The notes under the pieces: generated by a model
Seen by the model: only the letters and a program-made list of their open reading frames with translations
Told to the model about the DNA's origin: nothing
The model's database searches: none
Position numbers and translations under genes: made by a program
NCBI GenBank assembly: GCA_027483445.1
Contig: JAIXUS010000028.1
Coordinates: 3,328 to 67,327, forward strand
Source of the DNA: Bacteroidota bacterium
Lineage (GTDB): Bacteria; Bacteroidota; Bacteroidia; M30B66
Direction: 5' to 3'
Length of the DNA: 64,000 nucleotides
In this document: piece by piece, positions 17,925 through 26,970 of the stretch
How the letters are laid out: every line of letters begins with the position of its first letter
Position numbering within the stretch: the stretch's first letter is position 1

Positions 17925-20120
17925 ATGCCCAAAATCCTTTCGATATTGAAGCTGAGTGCCGTATTTCCAGCACTTTTCTTCGTGTCTAATTCGCTTTATT
18001 CACAACAAACCGTGCTGGCCTTTAACCGAAATTCATCGGTTTTGGTTACCAATGAGAACAATCAGGTGCTAGATTTTCCCTGGACCGGTGGATTTAACTT
18101 CTGTCAGGTAAGCGAAATCGACATCAATGGCGACAACGAGCAGGATTTGTTCATATTCGACCGCTCCGGCAACCGGGCAACCTTTCTGGAGTTTCATCAG
18201 GGAGTCTACCGCCTCAATACCGACGCCGATGGCTACCTGCCGGCACTCAGCAACTTTGCATTAATGGTCGATTTCAATTGCGACAATCGCCCCGACCTTT
18301 TCACATTCAACAACAGCGGCATTCGGGTTTTTGTGCAGGATGGCCCAGCCGGAAGTCCTCCGCAATGGCGTCTCTATGCCGACAAGCTAAGAACACGCGT
18401 TGGGTCTAATACCGTCGACGTCTACACCATTCCTGTAGACATTCCGGCGATTGATGACATTGACGGAGACGGCGATTTAGACATTCTCGTTTTTAACATC
18501 CTGGGTTCATGCGTCGAATACCACCGCAATATGGCGCAGGAAAACTTCAACCGCTGCGATACTTTAGCCATGAAACTCGAAACCATTAGCTGGGGCCGGT
18601 TTTCTGAGAGTTTCTCCACCAACGAGGTAACCCTGAACGATACCTGTGCAGGGTTTTCGGGAGGACGGTTCGCTGAACCTGCGCGCCATGCCGGCTCAAC
18701 CTTAACAACATTCGATAGCGATGGTGATGGTGACAAAGACCTCCTTTTGGGCGATATAGCCTACCGAAATCTCGTAAAGCTTATCAATGGTGGCTCCAGC
18801 ACCGAAGCGCTGATTACCAGTCAGATTCCAGTTTTTCCGGAAACAACCGAAGCCGTGAATATTGCCATCTTCCCCGCCGCCTATATGGTTGATGTAGATC
18901 ACGATGGACTAAAAGACATGGTGGTGGCGCCAAACTCTAAAACCGGCTCCGAGAACTATCGCTGCTTTCTGTACTACAAAAACACCGGGAATGCTCAGGT
19001 GGCGAACTTTAACTACCAGGGAAATACCTTGTTTTCTGAACAAACCCTTGATTTTGGAGAAGGTGCAAATGTTACCTTCTTCGACTATAACAACGATGGC
19101 AAAAGAGATATTCTTGTTGGTAATTATGGCTACTTTTTGCCGAGTGGCGACTACAAGCCGCAGGTGGCGTTACTCGAAAACACCAGCACAGCTGAGGCAG
19201 TCTCATTTCGTTTAGTCAATCGAAACTTCGCCTCGGCAGGCAATTTATCAGGCGTAGTTGCCAACCTCCACCCTACTGCCGGAGATCTCGATAACGACGG
19301 CGATTCAGACTTACTTCTCGGCAGTTCTGATGGAAAGATTTACTATTTCGAAAACACAGCCCCGGCGGGAGCCCCGGCGAATATGACATTCGTAACCGCC
19401 TCCTTTCAAAGTATTGATGTAGGAACCTTTGCAGCGCCCTTCCTTTTCGACATTGATCAGGATGGCCGTTTGGATTTATTCATAGGAACCCGCGAAGGCA
19501 GCATTCAATACTACCGAAACGTGAGCAATGGCAGCAGTCCGGCGATGGAACTCCAGGCCGAAAACTGGGGTGGCGTGAATACGGCTTTACCGGGCGAGCC
19601 CAATGGTTTCTGCACTCCGCAGCTCTTCAGAAAAAGTGGCGTTACCTATTTAATTGCGGGCTCCCAAAGTGGCTATTTCCGCCTCTATGCCAACATCGAC
19701 GATAACCTCAGTGGCACATTCACGCTGCTCGACAGCCTCGTTTTGGGCAATCGTTTCGGCGAACGAACCTCGATATGTTTAAGCGACCTGAACGACGATG
19801 GCTATCCGGAAGCCATTGTTGGAAACTATGCAGGAGGTATAGCCTATTTAGAAGGTATTTTCCCTTCGGGATTGCCTCAGGAAAAGCCTTTGTCCAGCAC
19901 CAAATTATTCCCCAACCCGGGCAGTTTAGCACCTTATATATACGTTGAGTCTGCGGCCGAGTGTACCCTAACCGTTTTCGATATTGCCGGCCGGGTGCTC
20001 TTTCAAACCACACAACGCCTTCCCGGAAATTTACCTTTCGTACCCGAAAAAAACGGAGTGTATCTCGTTCATATTCAGCACAAAAACCACACTGAGGTCA
20101 TTCGATGGAGCGTTCAGTAA
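17925..20120 (+). CDS. FG-GAP/VCBS-repeat protein with T9SS type-A sorting domain
   Basis: Signal peptide, repeated DxDxDGDxDL Ca-binding motifs, C-terminal LFPNP...FDIAGR...GVYLV. Confidence 0.9.
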   Translation: MPKILSILKLSAVFPALFFVSNSLYSQQTVLAFNRNSSVLVTNENNQVLDFPWTGGFNFCQVSEIDINGDNEQDLFIFDRSGNRATFLEFHQGVYRLNTDADGYLPALSNFALMVDFNCDNRPDLFTFNNSGIRVFVQDGPAGSPPQWRLYADKLRTRVGSNTVDVYTIPVDIPAIDDIDGDGDLDILVFNILGSCVEYHRNMAQENFNRCDTLAMKLETISWGRFSESFSTNEVTLNDTCAGFSGGRFAEPARHAGSTLTTFDSDGDGDKDLLLGDIAYRNLVKLINGGSSTEALITSQIPVFPETTEAVNIAIFPAAYMVDVDHDGLKDMVVAPNSKTGSENYRCFLYYKNTGNAQVANFNYQGNTLFSEQTLDFGEGANVTFFDYNNDGKRDILVGNYGYFLPSGDYKPQVALLENTSTAEAVSFRLVNRNFASAGNLSGVVANLHPTAGDLDNDGDSDLLLGSSDGKIYYFENTAPAGAPANMTFVTASFQSIDVGTFAAPFLFDIDQDGRLDLFIGTREGSIQYYRNVSNGSSPAMELQAENWGGVNTALPGEPNGFCTPQLFRKSGVTYLIAGSQSGYFRLYANIDDNLSGTFTLLDSLVLGNRFGERTSICLSDLNDDGYPEAIVGNYAGGIAYLEGIFPSGLPQEKPLSSTKLFPNPGSLAPYIYVESAAECTLTVFDIAGRVLFQTTQRLPGNLPFVPEKNGVYLVHIQHKNHTEVIRWSVQ

Positions 20121-20608
20121 ATCCCGAAGTAGCCCGTTGGATCGAGGCTTTGTCGCTACAGGCTCACCCCGAGGGCGGCTGGTATGCCGAGAGTTTTAGA
20201 GCGTCACGTCGGGTAGTCGACCCCGAAACCGGCCGGGAATACTCAGCCGGAACGTCGATTTATTACCTGCTCGACGATGCCTCTTTCTCTGCTTTTCACC
20301 GCGTTGGAGCCGACGAAACCTGGCATTTCTACGCCGGTACTGGTCTCAGTATTTTCCACCTCGACAAATCGGGCCATTTGCATAAGCACCGCCTGGGGCG
20401 GGATGTCATCACGGGTGAAAAACTTCAGCTCACCATTCCAGCCCATGAGTGGTTCGCCTGCCAGGTAGAAATACCCGGAGGCTTTGCGCTCTGCGGATGC
20501 ACCGTTTCACCCGGCTTTGAATTCCATGAATTTGCATTAGCCTCAAGAGAAGAACTTATTTCGGCCTATCCTATTCACAAAAATTTAATTGTCAGACTGA
20601 CACTTTGA
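20105..20608 (+). CDS. Cupin_5 (DUF985) family protein
   Basis: LQAHPEGGWY, TSIYYLL, SAFHRV..DETWHFY, GCTVSPGFEF; exact start uncertain. Confidence 0.9.
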   Translation: MERSVNPEVARWIEALSLQAHPEGGWYAESFRASRRVVDPETGREYSAGTSIYYLLDDASFSAFHRVGADETWHFYAGTGLSIFHLDKSGHLHKHRLGRDVITGEKLQLTIPAHEWFACQVEIPGGFALCGCTVSPGFEFHEFALASREELISAYPIHKNLIVRLTL

Positions 20609-20660
20609 ATTTTTAGCAAATTTTAAGGAATTCCACTCCTTTTGGTGAGCGCGAATCACT

Positions 20661-20668
20661 TACTTTTG
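20661..20668 (+). promoter_or_regulatory. -7 element (TACTTTTG) of the acyl-CoA dehydrogenase gene
   Basis: Exact TAnnTTTG match 21 nt before ATG 20690. Confidence 0.55.
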
Positions 20669-20689
20669 CCGCGGAAATTCAGATTTGCC

Positions 20690-21832
20690 ATGATGGAGTT
20701 TAGCGAAAACGACAACCAAAAGATGATTCGTGATATGCTTCGCGACTTTTGCGACAAGCATATAAGGCCAAAGTTGATGGAATGGGACGAAAGTCAAGCC
20801 TTTCCGCGTGAGGTGTTTACCGAGCTTGGAAAGTTAGGCTTGATGGGTGTACTTGTGCCTGAGGAATATGGCGGGTCTGGTTTTGGCTACCTCGAATATG
20901 TAACAGCCATAACTGAACTCGGAAAAGTGTGTGGCTCGATCGGTCTTTCAATGGCTGCGCACAACTCGTTGTGTACCGGACATATTCTTCAATTTGGAAA
21001 CGAAGAGCAGAAGCGGAAGTATTTGCCCAAATTGGCCAGTGGAGAATGGATTGGTGCATGGGGACTTACCGAGGCCAATACCGGTTCAGATGCAATGCGG
21101 ATGAAGTGTGTGGCCCAACAAGACGGCGATTATTACGTGCTTAACGGCACCAAAAACTGGATTACCCACGGAATTAGCGGTGAAGTTGCCGTAGTACTGG
21201 CCCGTACGGGCGAATTGCTCGATTCGCGCGGAATCACCGCTTTCATCGTCGAACGAGGAACTCCGGGCTTTATGGCCGGTAAAAAAGAGAACAAGTTAGG
21301 CATGCGGGCCTCCGAAACCGCCGAATTGATTTTCGACAACTGCCGTATTCATAAAAGTCAGGTTTTAGGCAATGTGGGTGATGGCTTTATTCAGGCCATG
21401 AAAGTGCTCGATGGTGGCAGAATTTCAATTGCCGCGCTCTCCTTAGGAATAGGTAAAGGCGCCATCGAAGCCTCAATCAAATATGCCAAAGAGCGCCAAC
21501 AATTTGGTCAGCCTATTGCAAACTTTCAGGCCATCAGCTTTAAGCTGGCCGATATGAAAACCCGCTACGAGGCAGCCGAATTGCTCACCCTGCAAGCCGC
21601 CGACTTAAAGAACCGGGGCGAAAAGGTAACCGTTCAATCGGCCATGGCTAAATACTACGCCTCAGAGATGTGTGTTTACGCCTCAACTGAAGCCGTTCAA
21701 ATTCACGGCGGTTACGGCTACACCAAAGACTTCCCCGTTGAAAAATTTTATAGAGACTCAAAATTGTGCACCATTGGCGAAGGCACTTCTGAAATTCAAA
21801 AGCTTGTAATTGCCAAGAACCTGCTCTCCTGA
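20690..21832 (+). CDS. Acyl-CoA dehydrogenase
   Basis: WGLTEANTGSD, NGTKNWIT, KLGMRASET, QIHGGYGY, IGEGTSEIQ. Confidence 0.95.
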   Translation: MMEFSENDNQKMIRDMLRDFCDKHIRPKLMEWDESQAFPREVFTELGKLGLMGVLVPEEYGGSGFGYLEYVTAITELGKVCGSIGLSMAAHNSLCTGHILQFGNEEQKRKYLPKLASGEWIGAWGLTEANTGSDAMRMKCVAQQDGDYYVLNGTKNWITHGISGEVAVVLARTGELLDSRGITAFIVERGTPGFMAGKKENKLGMRASETAELIFDNCRIHKSQVLGNVGDGFIQAMKVLDGGRISIAALSLGIGKGAIEASIKYAKERQQFGQPIANFQAISFKLADMKTRYEAAELLTLQAADLKNRGEKVTVQSAMAKYYASEMCVYASTEAVQIHGGYGYTKDFPVEKFYRDSKLCTIGEGTSEIQKLVIAKNLLS

Positions 21833-21850
21833 TCAAACCAATCTCAAATG

Positions 21851-21887
21851 AAAACGCAGACTTCCGCAAGGTCGTCTGCGTTTTTTT
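21851..21887 (+). terminator. Intrinsic terminator
   Basis: AAAACGCAGAC ... GTCTGCGTTTT stem plus T7 tract. Confidence 0.85.
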
Positions 21888-21930
21888 ATGCCCTTTACTC
21901 AGAACGTGTTTTACGAAAAAAACACATTTC

Positions 21931-21954
21931 GATGTAACCCTCAGAGGTTACATC
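21931..21954. repeat. Perfect 9-bp inverted repeat (GATGTAACC-N6-GGTTACATC)
   Basis: Seen directly in the 320-bp intergenic region; no U tract. Confidence 0.6.
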
Positions 21955-22152
21955 AAAATGAACCTTTTGAATGAGGTTTCGCCAAATTAATTACTTGGCA
22001 TTACAGCTCAGATAATGAGTTACTTATAAAGATTAAAGATCTTGTTACTTTAAGAAGTCCGCCAAGCCTTACATATCACAGAAGTTCTTGTTTATCAGCT
22101 AATTCAGCCCATTTCGACGCTGTAGGTTTGCTATGCATCATTCTGTAGCAAT

Positions 22153-22866
22153 ATGAAAGCAAATTTACACTGGCGTAAGTGGTTAGGGATTGGGCTATTG
22201 GCCACCTCCTTTCCGCTCGCAGCACAGTCGCCCGATGAAACAGTCACCGGACAAGCCACGAGCGATCTTCAATATGAATTACTGGCCGGACTCAGCGATG
22301 AGTTTATCGAAGAGAACAAAATAAAGCCATCAGCCGAAGCCGACTTATACATTAAAGCCTCTCGATTGAGATTGGATTTAGCCAAGGAGCAGGAAGTGGA
22401 GTTATCGGCCCGGACAGGCTGGGCGAAGGACTTTGTGTGGAAATTTGGTGATGGCAAGGTTGTTTCGGGCTTTCAACATGTTAAGCATCGTTACGAAAAG
22501 GCCGGCACCTATCAAATCACCCTTTTGGCTTCGAGCGGCGATAAGCTCGAACGCCAGCAAATCGAACTTGAGGTGGTTGACTCTCGCCAGCCCGAAGAGT
22601 GGCAAGAGATGGAGCATTACATCGTGTTTCCACATAATAACCGCTTAGAAGCCAAGGTGCAAATGAACTTACCCAAGAAAGAGCGCAAAATGCGGTTTCA
22701 GATTCAGGACATCGAAGGTCGAGAGGTTTTCGAATACAAACTTGGTAAAGTGAGAAAACGTGAAATTGTAAGCATCGACTTGCGCAATTTGCCGGATGGG
22801 AAATACTATGCTGTATTGAAAGGGAAAAAGTACAGCTTGGTATCCCGTTTAACGGTTACTCGTTAG
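22153..22866 (+). CDS. PKD-domain secreted protein with a T9SS-CTD-like C-terminus
   Basis: Signal peptide, WKFGDG...HRYEKAGTYQITL (PKD), C-terminal IQDIEGR...LPDGKYY; -7 element TAGGTTTG at 22123. Confidence 0.8.
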   Translation: MKANLHWRKWLGIGLLATSFPLAAQSPDETVTGQATSDLQYELLAGLSDEFIEENKIKPSAEADLYIKASRLRLDLAKEQEVELSARTGWAKDFVWKFGDGKVVSGFQHVKHRYEKAGTYQITLLASSGDKLERQQIELEVVDSRQPEEWQEMEHYIVFPHNNRLEAKVQMNLPKKERKMRFQIQDIEGREVFEYKLGKVRKREIVSIDLRNLPDGKYYAVLKGKKYSLVSRLTVTR

Positions 22867-23670
22867 GGGTTTGCTCAGCTTCTCGTTTACGCCCATACCG
22901 AACAAGGCATAGTCGAATTTGACAGGGTCTTGAGGGTCTATTTTTCTTAAGAAGGCGGTAAGCTCTTCCACGGCTAACCAATCGTTCTGCTTTCGCTGCA
23001 GAATACCCAGATTTCGGGCTACACCGGCCGAGTGCACATCTAAGGGTATGTAAAGCTGCCCGGGCTGAATACCCGACCAAAGCCCAAAATCAACGCCACG
23101 TGTGTCCTTTCGCACCATCCATCGCAGAAACATGTTCAGTCGTTTCGCCGCCGAACCAGCATCAGGATTGGCCAGGTGCCTTGCACTCAACTGAAGTGCT
23201 TTGCTTTTACCCACTTCGTCGGCAAGCATCATTGAACGAAATTGCACAAGTCCTTGCTTGAGGTCATCAGCCTGAAAGGCGGCTTCCATCCCGCCCTGCC
23301 GGGTATACAACCTTTGAAGCATAAATAAAAAGGTGGTGCAGTCGCTGCCGGAAAATGTACGGTGCACAAAGCCGGCAAAGCGTTTCCGCTCTTTGGGACT
23401 ATGGCCGATGACAAAGTCGAACGGCGCGTTGTCCATCCATTCCATCAACCGCAAAGCATTCCGAATGAGCGTAATTCGCTGTCCCCAGGCAATGGTAGCC
23501 GTGAGAAATCCGGAAATTTCGATGTCTTCCTTTTTCGAGAATCGATGGGGAATGCAGATTGGATCGTGTTCAATGAAACTTTTGCGGTTGTATTCGTCGG
23601 CCTTCTCCATGAGAAGCGCAACAATCTCACGATCAGGCAAGCCCTTAATGCGATCCGACTTAGATGTCAT
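22849..23670 (-). CDS. TIGR02757 (DUF2400) family protein, HhH-GPD-like
   Basis: DPICIPHRF, ATIAWGQR, SAAKRLNMFLRWMVR, IPLDVH, DPVKFDYALFG. Confidence 0.9.
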   Translation of the reverse strand: MTSKSDRIKGLPDREIVALLMEKADEYNRKSFIEHDPICIPHRFSKKEDIEISGFLTATIAWGQRITLIRNALRLMEWMDNAPFDFVIGHSPKERKRFAGFVHRTFSGSDCTTFLFMLQRLYTRQGGMEAAFQADDLKQGLVQFRSMMLADEVGKSKALQLSARHLANPDAGSAAKRLNMFLRWMVRKDTRGVDFGLWSGIQPGQLYIPLDVHSAGVARNLGILQRKQNDWLAVEELTAFLRKIDPQDPVKFDYALFGMGVNEKLSKPLTSNR

Positions 23671-24268
23671 CGCCCCAATCCGGTTCTTCATTGAGCGCTT
23701 CCCAAGCCGAAGGGTCGGGCGCATTGGGTAGGTTATTGATGGCCTCAATCACGGCATCAATCATTTCGTCGGCCAACATGTGCAACTCGAGGCCATCTTC
23801 GCCACTTTGGCGGAAAAACAGACGGTCCATCGTATTTCCCCAAACCTCACGAAGAACTTCCGCGCTGATGGGAGTAGACGAATCGGCTGGAAACAGCGAG
23901 CATACCGCATTGACAAGCCATTCGGTATTGGGCTCAGACACCCAAAATATGGTGTAAGATTCACCGAACAGCTCCTGGTCGCCGGCCTCATTGACCAAGG
24001 CTGATGGCAAGATATTGAAGCTAAATTGATGATTTGCAATTTCATCTTCCGAAAAACGCCAGCTTGCCAGTTCTTTCGCTTCCTTAGAGCTAAGCAGTGT
24101 GGGCTTGGGCAGGGTTGCTTGCAGCTCGGCGATACTCAGGCTCCAATGCGCATCATCGAAGGTATAAACCTGATAGCCCAAACCCGGCACCAGCCTTGTT
24201 TTGGCATTTTTCAATAACGCATAACCGGGAAGTGGCTTGTCGGCCAAAAATTGCATGAATGGTGTCAT
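23660..24268 (-). CDS. Hypothetical protein
   Basis: About 200-aa acidic ORF whose stop overlaps the TIGR02757 start; start codon uncertain (24289/24268/24256). Confidence 0.6.
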   Translation of the reverse strand: MTPFMQFLADKPLPGYALLKNAKTRLVPGLGYQVYTFDDAHWSLSIAELQATLPKPTLLSSKEAKELASWRFSEDEIANHQFSFNILPSALVNEAGDQELFGESYTIFWVSEPNTEWLVNAVCSLFPADSSTPISAEVLREVWGNTMDRLFFRQSGEDGLELHMLADEMIDAVIEAINNLPNAPDPSAWEALNEEPDWGDDI

Positions 24269-24345
24269 GCCGCAAGATGACAAAACCACCTCTAACTACC
24301 AAACCATGGCTTGATTCTTGTTTGGGCGTTTTCAAATCAAATGCT

Positions 24346-25155
24346 ATGAAATTGCAGTTTTTACGTATCCTTATTTTTACGTTATTCTTCTCGAATGCTT
24401 TGTTGGCGCAGAATATATTGTGGTCCGACAATTTTGAAACCTATGAAGGCACAGGAAGTATTCCACCCGGATTTGGCGGTGGCATGCGGGTTTATTCTAC
24501 CCACGGAACATCCTCTTCGAAGGCTTTGTGTATTCAGTTTTCCCCATTCAAACAAAGCGACAGTACCATTACGCCGCTCATTGGACCGATTGTAGATGGA
24601 TCGGTTTTTACCTTTGACTACCGATTTGCGGCTTACGTGGGTGGTGTTGCCTTCAATGGTTACACGCTGAATTCCGACGCTATTGAAGTATTTATTGCCC
24701 CTGAAGGCGGCGAATATGGTCAGGCCGTTTTGCGCATCGATGCCTCTAACCACACCTCTTCGCTGAGTTTTGCCCAGCGTTCAGTAAATCTCGACGATTA
24801 TGCCGGACAATCGATTCGCATTAAAATGAAAGGTGTGCGTGGAAATTCGGCCGACTATTGGTTTGATACCGACAATTTCCAAGTAAGTCAGGCCAATTCG
24901 ATTGAACGGCCCACAGTGAACGATTTGAGTGTTTTCCCTAATCCAAGTTCAGAACCCACCGTTACTGTTCATTTTGATGCCTCGGTGCATTCGGTAAATA
25001 TTGAAGTTTTAAATATGCTGGGCGCGGTTGTGATGAAAAAGCAAGTTGTAGGACAAAAAGCTGAATTGGATGTGCATCACTTACCGCGCGGTGTGTATTA
25101 CGTAAAGGCTGATCTGGGCTCGAAAAAAATAATCCGAAAATTGGTTTTAAAATAA
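24346..25155 (+). CDS. Small T9SS type-A cargo protein (beta-sandwich / cleaved-adhesin-like domain)
   Basis: Signal peptide MKLQFLRIL..., VNLDDYAGQSIRI, C-terminal VFPNPS...LNMLG...LPRGVYYV...KLVLK. Confidence 0.85.
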   Translation: MKLQFLRILIFTLFFSNALLAQNILWSDNFETYEGTGSIPPGFGGGMRVYSTHGTSSSKALCIQFSPFKQSDSTITPLIGPIVDGSVFTFDYRFAAYVGGVAFNGYTLNSDAIEVFIAPEGGEYGQAVLRIDASNHTSSLSFAQRSVNLDDYAGQSIRIKMKGVRGNSADYWFDTDNFQVSQANSIERPTVNDLSVFPNPSSEPTVTVHFDASVHSVNIEVLNMLGAVVMKKQVVGQKAELDVHHLPRGVYYVKADLGSKKIIRKLVLK

Positions 25156-25176
25156 ATCACGATTGAGTGCCAATCA

Positions 25177-25218
25177 AAAACGGCCGGTTGAATCTGCTTC
25201 AACCGGCCGTTTTGTTTT
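25177..25218 (+). terminator. Intrinsic terminator (16-bp perfect stem)
   Basis: AAAACGGCCGGTTGAA-TCTGC-TTCAACCGGCCGTTTT followed by GTTTT. Confidence 0.9.
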
Positions 25219-25438
25219 GTTAAACAATGCTGTTAGAAAAACAAACGCACATAACGTAATGTAAACTGTGCGCGTTTACTCAATGATTTCAGATAAATCA
25301 ATACCCTTTTCATAAGATTATTCTGTGATGGACGGTTTATGAACGGTTGTATGCCTGCTTTGTTGCACAGGGCTTTGATGATTTCTTACATTAAAATTAA
25401 TCTGTTGTTTATATGTAATGCATTCTCCTGAAAATCAG

Positions 25439-25459
25439 ATATCCACAAAGCTATTCACA
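25439..25459. promoter_or_regulatory. Tandem DnaA-box-like pair
   Basis: ATATCCACA-AAG-CTATTCACA, each one mismatch from TTATNCACA, in an AT-rich intergenic region. Confidence 0.4.
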
Positions 25460-25497
25460 ATCCTGCTCTTCGGCATTTAAGAACGCTAAAATCGGGC

Positions 25498-25505
25498 TAT
25501 ATTTG
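25498..25505 (+). promoter_or_regulatory. -7 element (TATATTTG) of gatB
   Basis: Exact TAnnTTTG match 13 nt before the ATG. Confidence 0.55.
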
Positions 25506-25518
25506 GGGCCTTCATACT

Positions 25519-26970
25519 ATGGAATCATCAAAATACGAAGCCGTAATTGGCCTGGAAGTGCACATTCAGCTTCTAACAAAAAGTAAAGCCTACTCGCCCG
25601 ACTCTGCCACTTACGGAGCGCATCCAAATACACAGATCAGTGTCATCAGTCTTGGACACCCCGGCACCCTGCCTCGATTGAATAAGCAGTCGGTTGAATT
25701 TGCCGTAAAGCTGGGACTGGCCTGTAACTGTAGTATTACCCGCGAAAATCAATTTGCCCGGAAGAACTATTTCTACGCCGACCTCCCGAAAGGGTATCAA
25801 ATTACACAAGACAAAACACCGATTTGTACCGGTGGGCGCATACGCATTAAAACTTCCGAAGGGCAAAAAGATATTGGTCTAACGCGCATCCACATGGAAG
25901 AAGATGCCGGCAAGAGCATGCACGACCAGGATCCATACGACTCTTTGGTCGATTTGAATCGTGCGGGCGTTCCCTTGCTCGAAATGGTATCGGAACCCGA
26001 AATACGCTCTGCCGAAGAAGCCGGTGCTTACCTTACAGAAGTGCGCAAGCTGGTACGTTACCTCGACATTTGCGACGGAAATCTCGAAGAAGGCAGCATG
26101 CGTTGCGATGCCAATATTTCGGTGCGGTTGCGCGGGGCATCAGCCTTCGGAACCAAGGTGGAAGTAAAGAACATGAATTCCATCAGAAATGTGCAAAGAG
26201 CCATCGAACACGAGATTGAACGACAGATTAAGGTGATTGAAGCGGGTGGCGTGGTTGACCAAGAAACACGAAGCTTTGAAGCCGTTACAGGTACAACCTT
26301 TACATTGCGTAGTAAAGAGCAGGCGAACGACTACCGCTATTTTCCGGAACCCGATCTTTGTCCGGTAATTGTTGATGAATCCTACATCAACACGGTGCGC
26401 GCCGCAATGCCACCTCTGCCTGAAGAATTGTACAGCCGTTTCACTGAGCAGTACAAGCTTTCAGAATATGATGCTGCCATCCTTACAGAAAACAAACAAA
26501 TTGCTTTGTATTTCGATGCCGTGTGTAGTATTACGAGCAACTATAAAGCGGCTGCCAATTGGATGAATGGCCCGGTAAAATCGTGGTTGAATGAGAACGG
26601 CCTTGAAATGGAGCAATTCCCGCTTAGCCCGGTGGTACTGGCCTCGCTGATTTTACTCATCGAAAGCGGAAAGGTTAGCCACACCATTGCCAGTCAGCGG
26701 ATTTTCCCAATTCTCCTCACTAACCCTGAGGCCAATCCGGAACAAATTGCCTCCGAAAACAATTGGCTTCAGGCCAGCGACGAATCGGAGCTGAAGGTCT
26801 GGATTGAAGAAGCCATCGCTAAATACCCGGCTAAAGTGGCCGAATACAAGTCGGGAAAAACAGGCCTGCTTGGTTTGTTTATGGGCGAAGTCATGAAGAT
26901 TTCAAAGGGCAAGGCAGACCCTAAATCGGCCAACCAAATCCTAAAAGAAACCCTCGATAATCATGCTTAA
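25519..26970 (+). CDS. gatB: Asp/Glu-tRNA amidotransferase subunit B
   Basis: VIGLEVHIQL, RKNYFYADLPKGYQITQ, HMEEDAGKS, DLNRAGVPLLE, YRYFPEPDL. Confidence 0.98.
   Translation: MESSKYEAVIGLEVHIQLLTKSKAYSPDSATYGAHPNTQISVISLGHPGTLPRLNKQSVEFAVKLGLACNCSITRENQFARKNYFYADLPKGYQITQDKTPICTGGRIRIKTSEGQKDIGLTRIHMEEDAGKSMHDQDPYDSLVDLNRAGVPLLEMVSEPEIRSAEEAGAYLTEVRKLVRYLDICDGNLEEGSMRCDANISVRLRGASAFGTKVEVKNMNSIRNVQRAIEHEIERQIKVIEAGGVVDQETRSFEAVTGTTFTLRSKEQANDYRYFPEPDLCPVIVDESYINTVRAAMPPLPEELYSRFTEQYKLSEYDAAILTENKQIALYFDAVCSITSNYKAAANWMNGPVKSWLNENGLEMEQFPLSPVVLASLILLIESGKVSHTIASQRIFPILLTNPEANPEQIASENNWLQASDESELKVWIEEAIAKYPAKVAEYKSGKTGLLGLFMGEVMKISKGKADPKSANQILKETLDNHA

Noticed and set aside
22849-22866. Convergent 3' overlaps (PKD/TIGR02757; also ribD/SBBP at 43515-43528)
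   Set aside because: Short tail-to-tail overlaps are common in compact genomes
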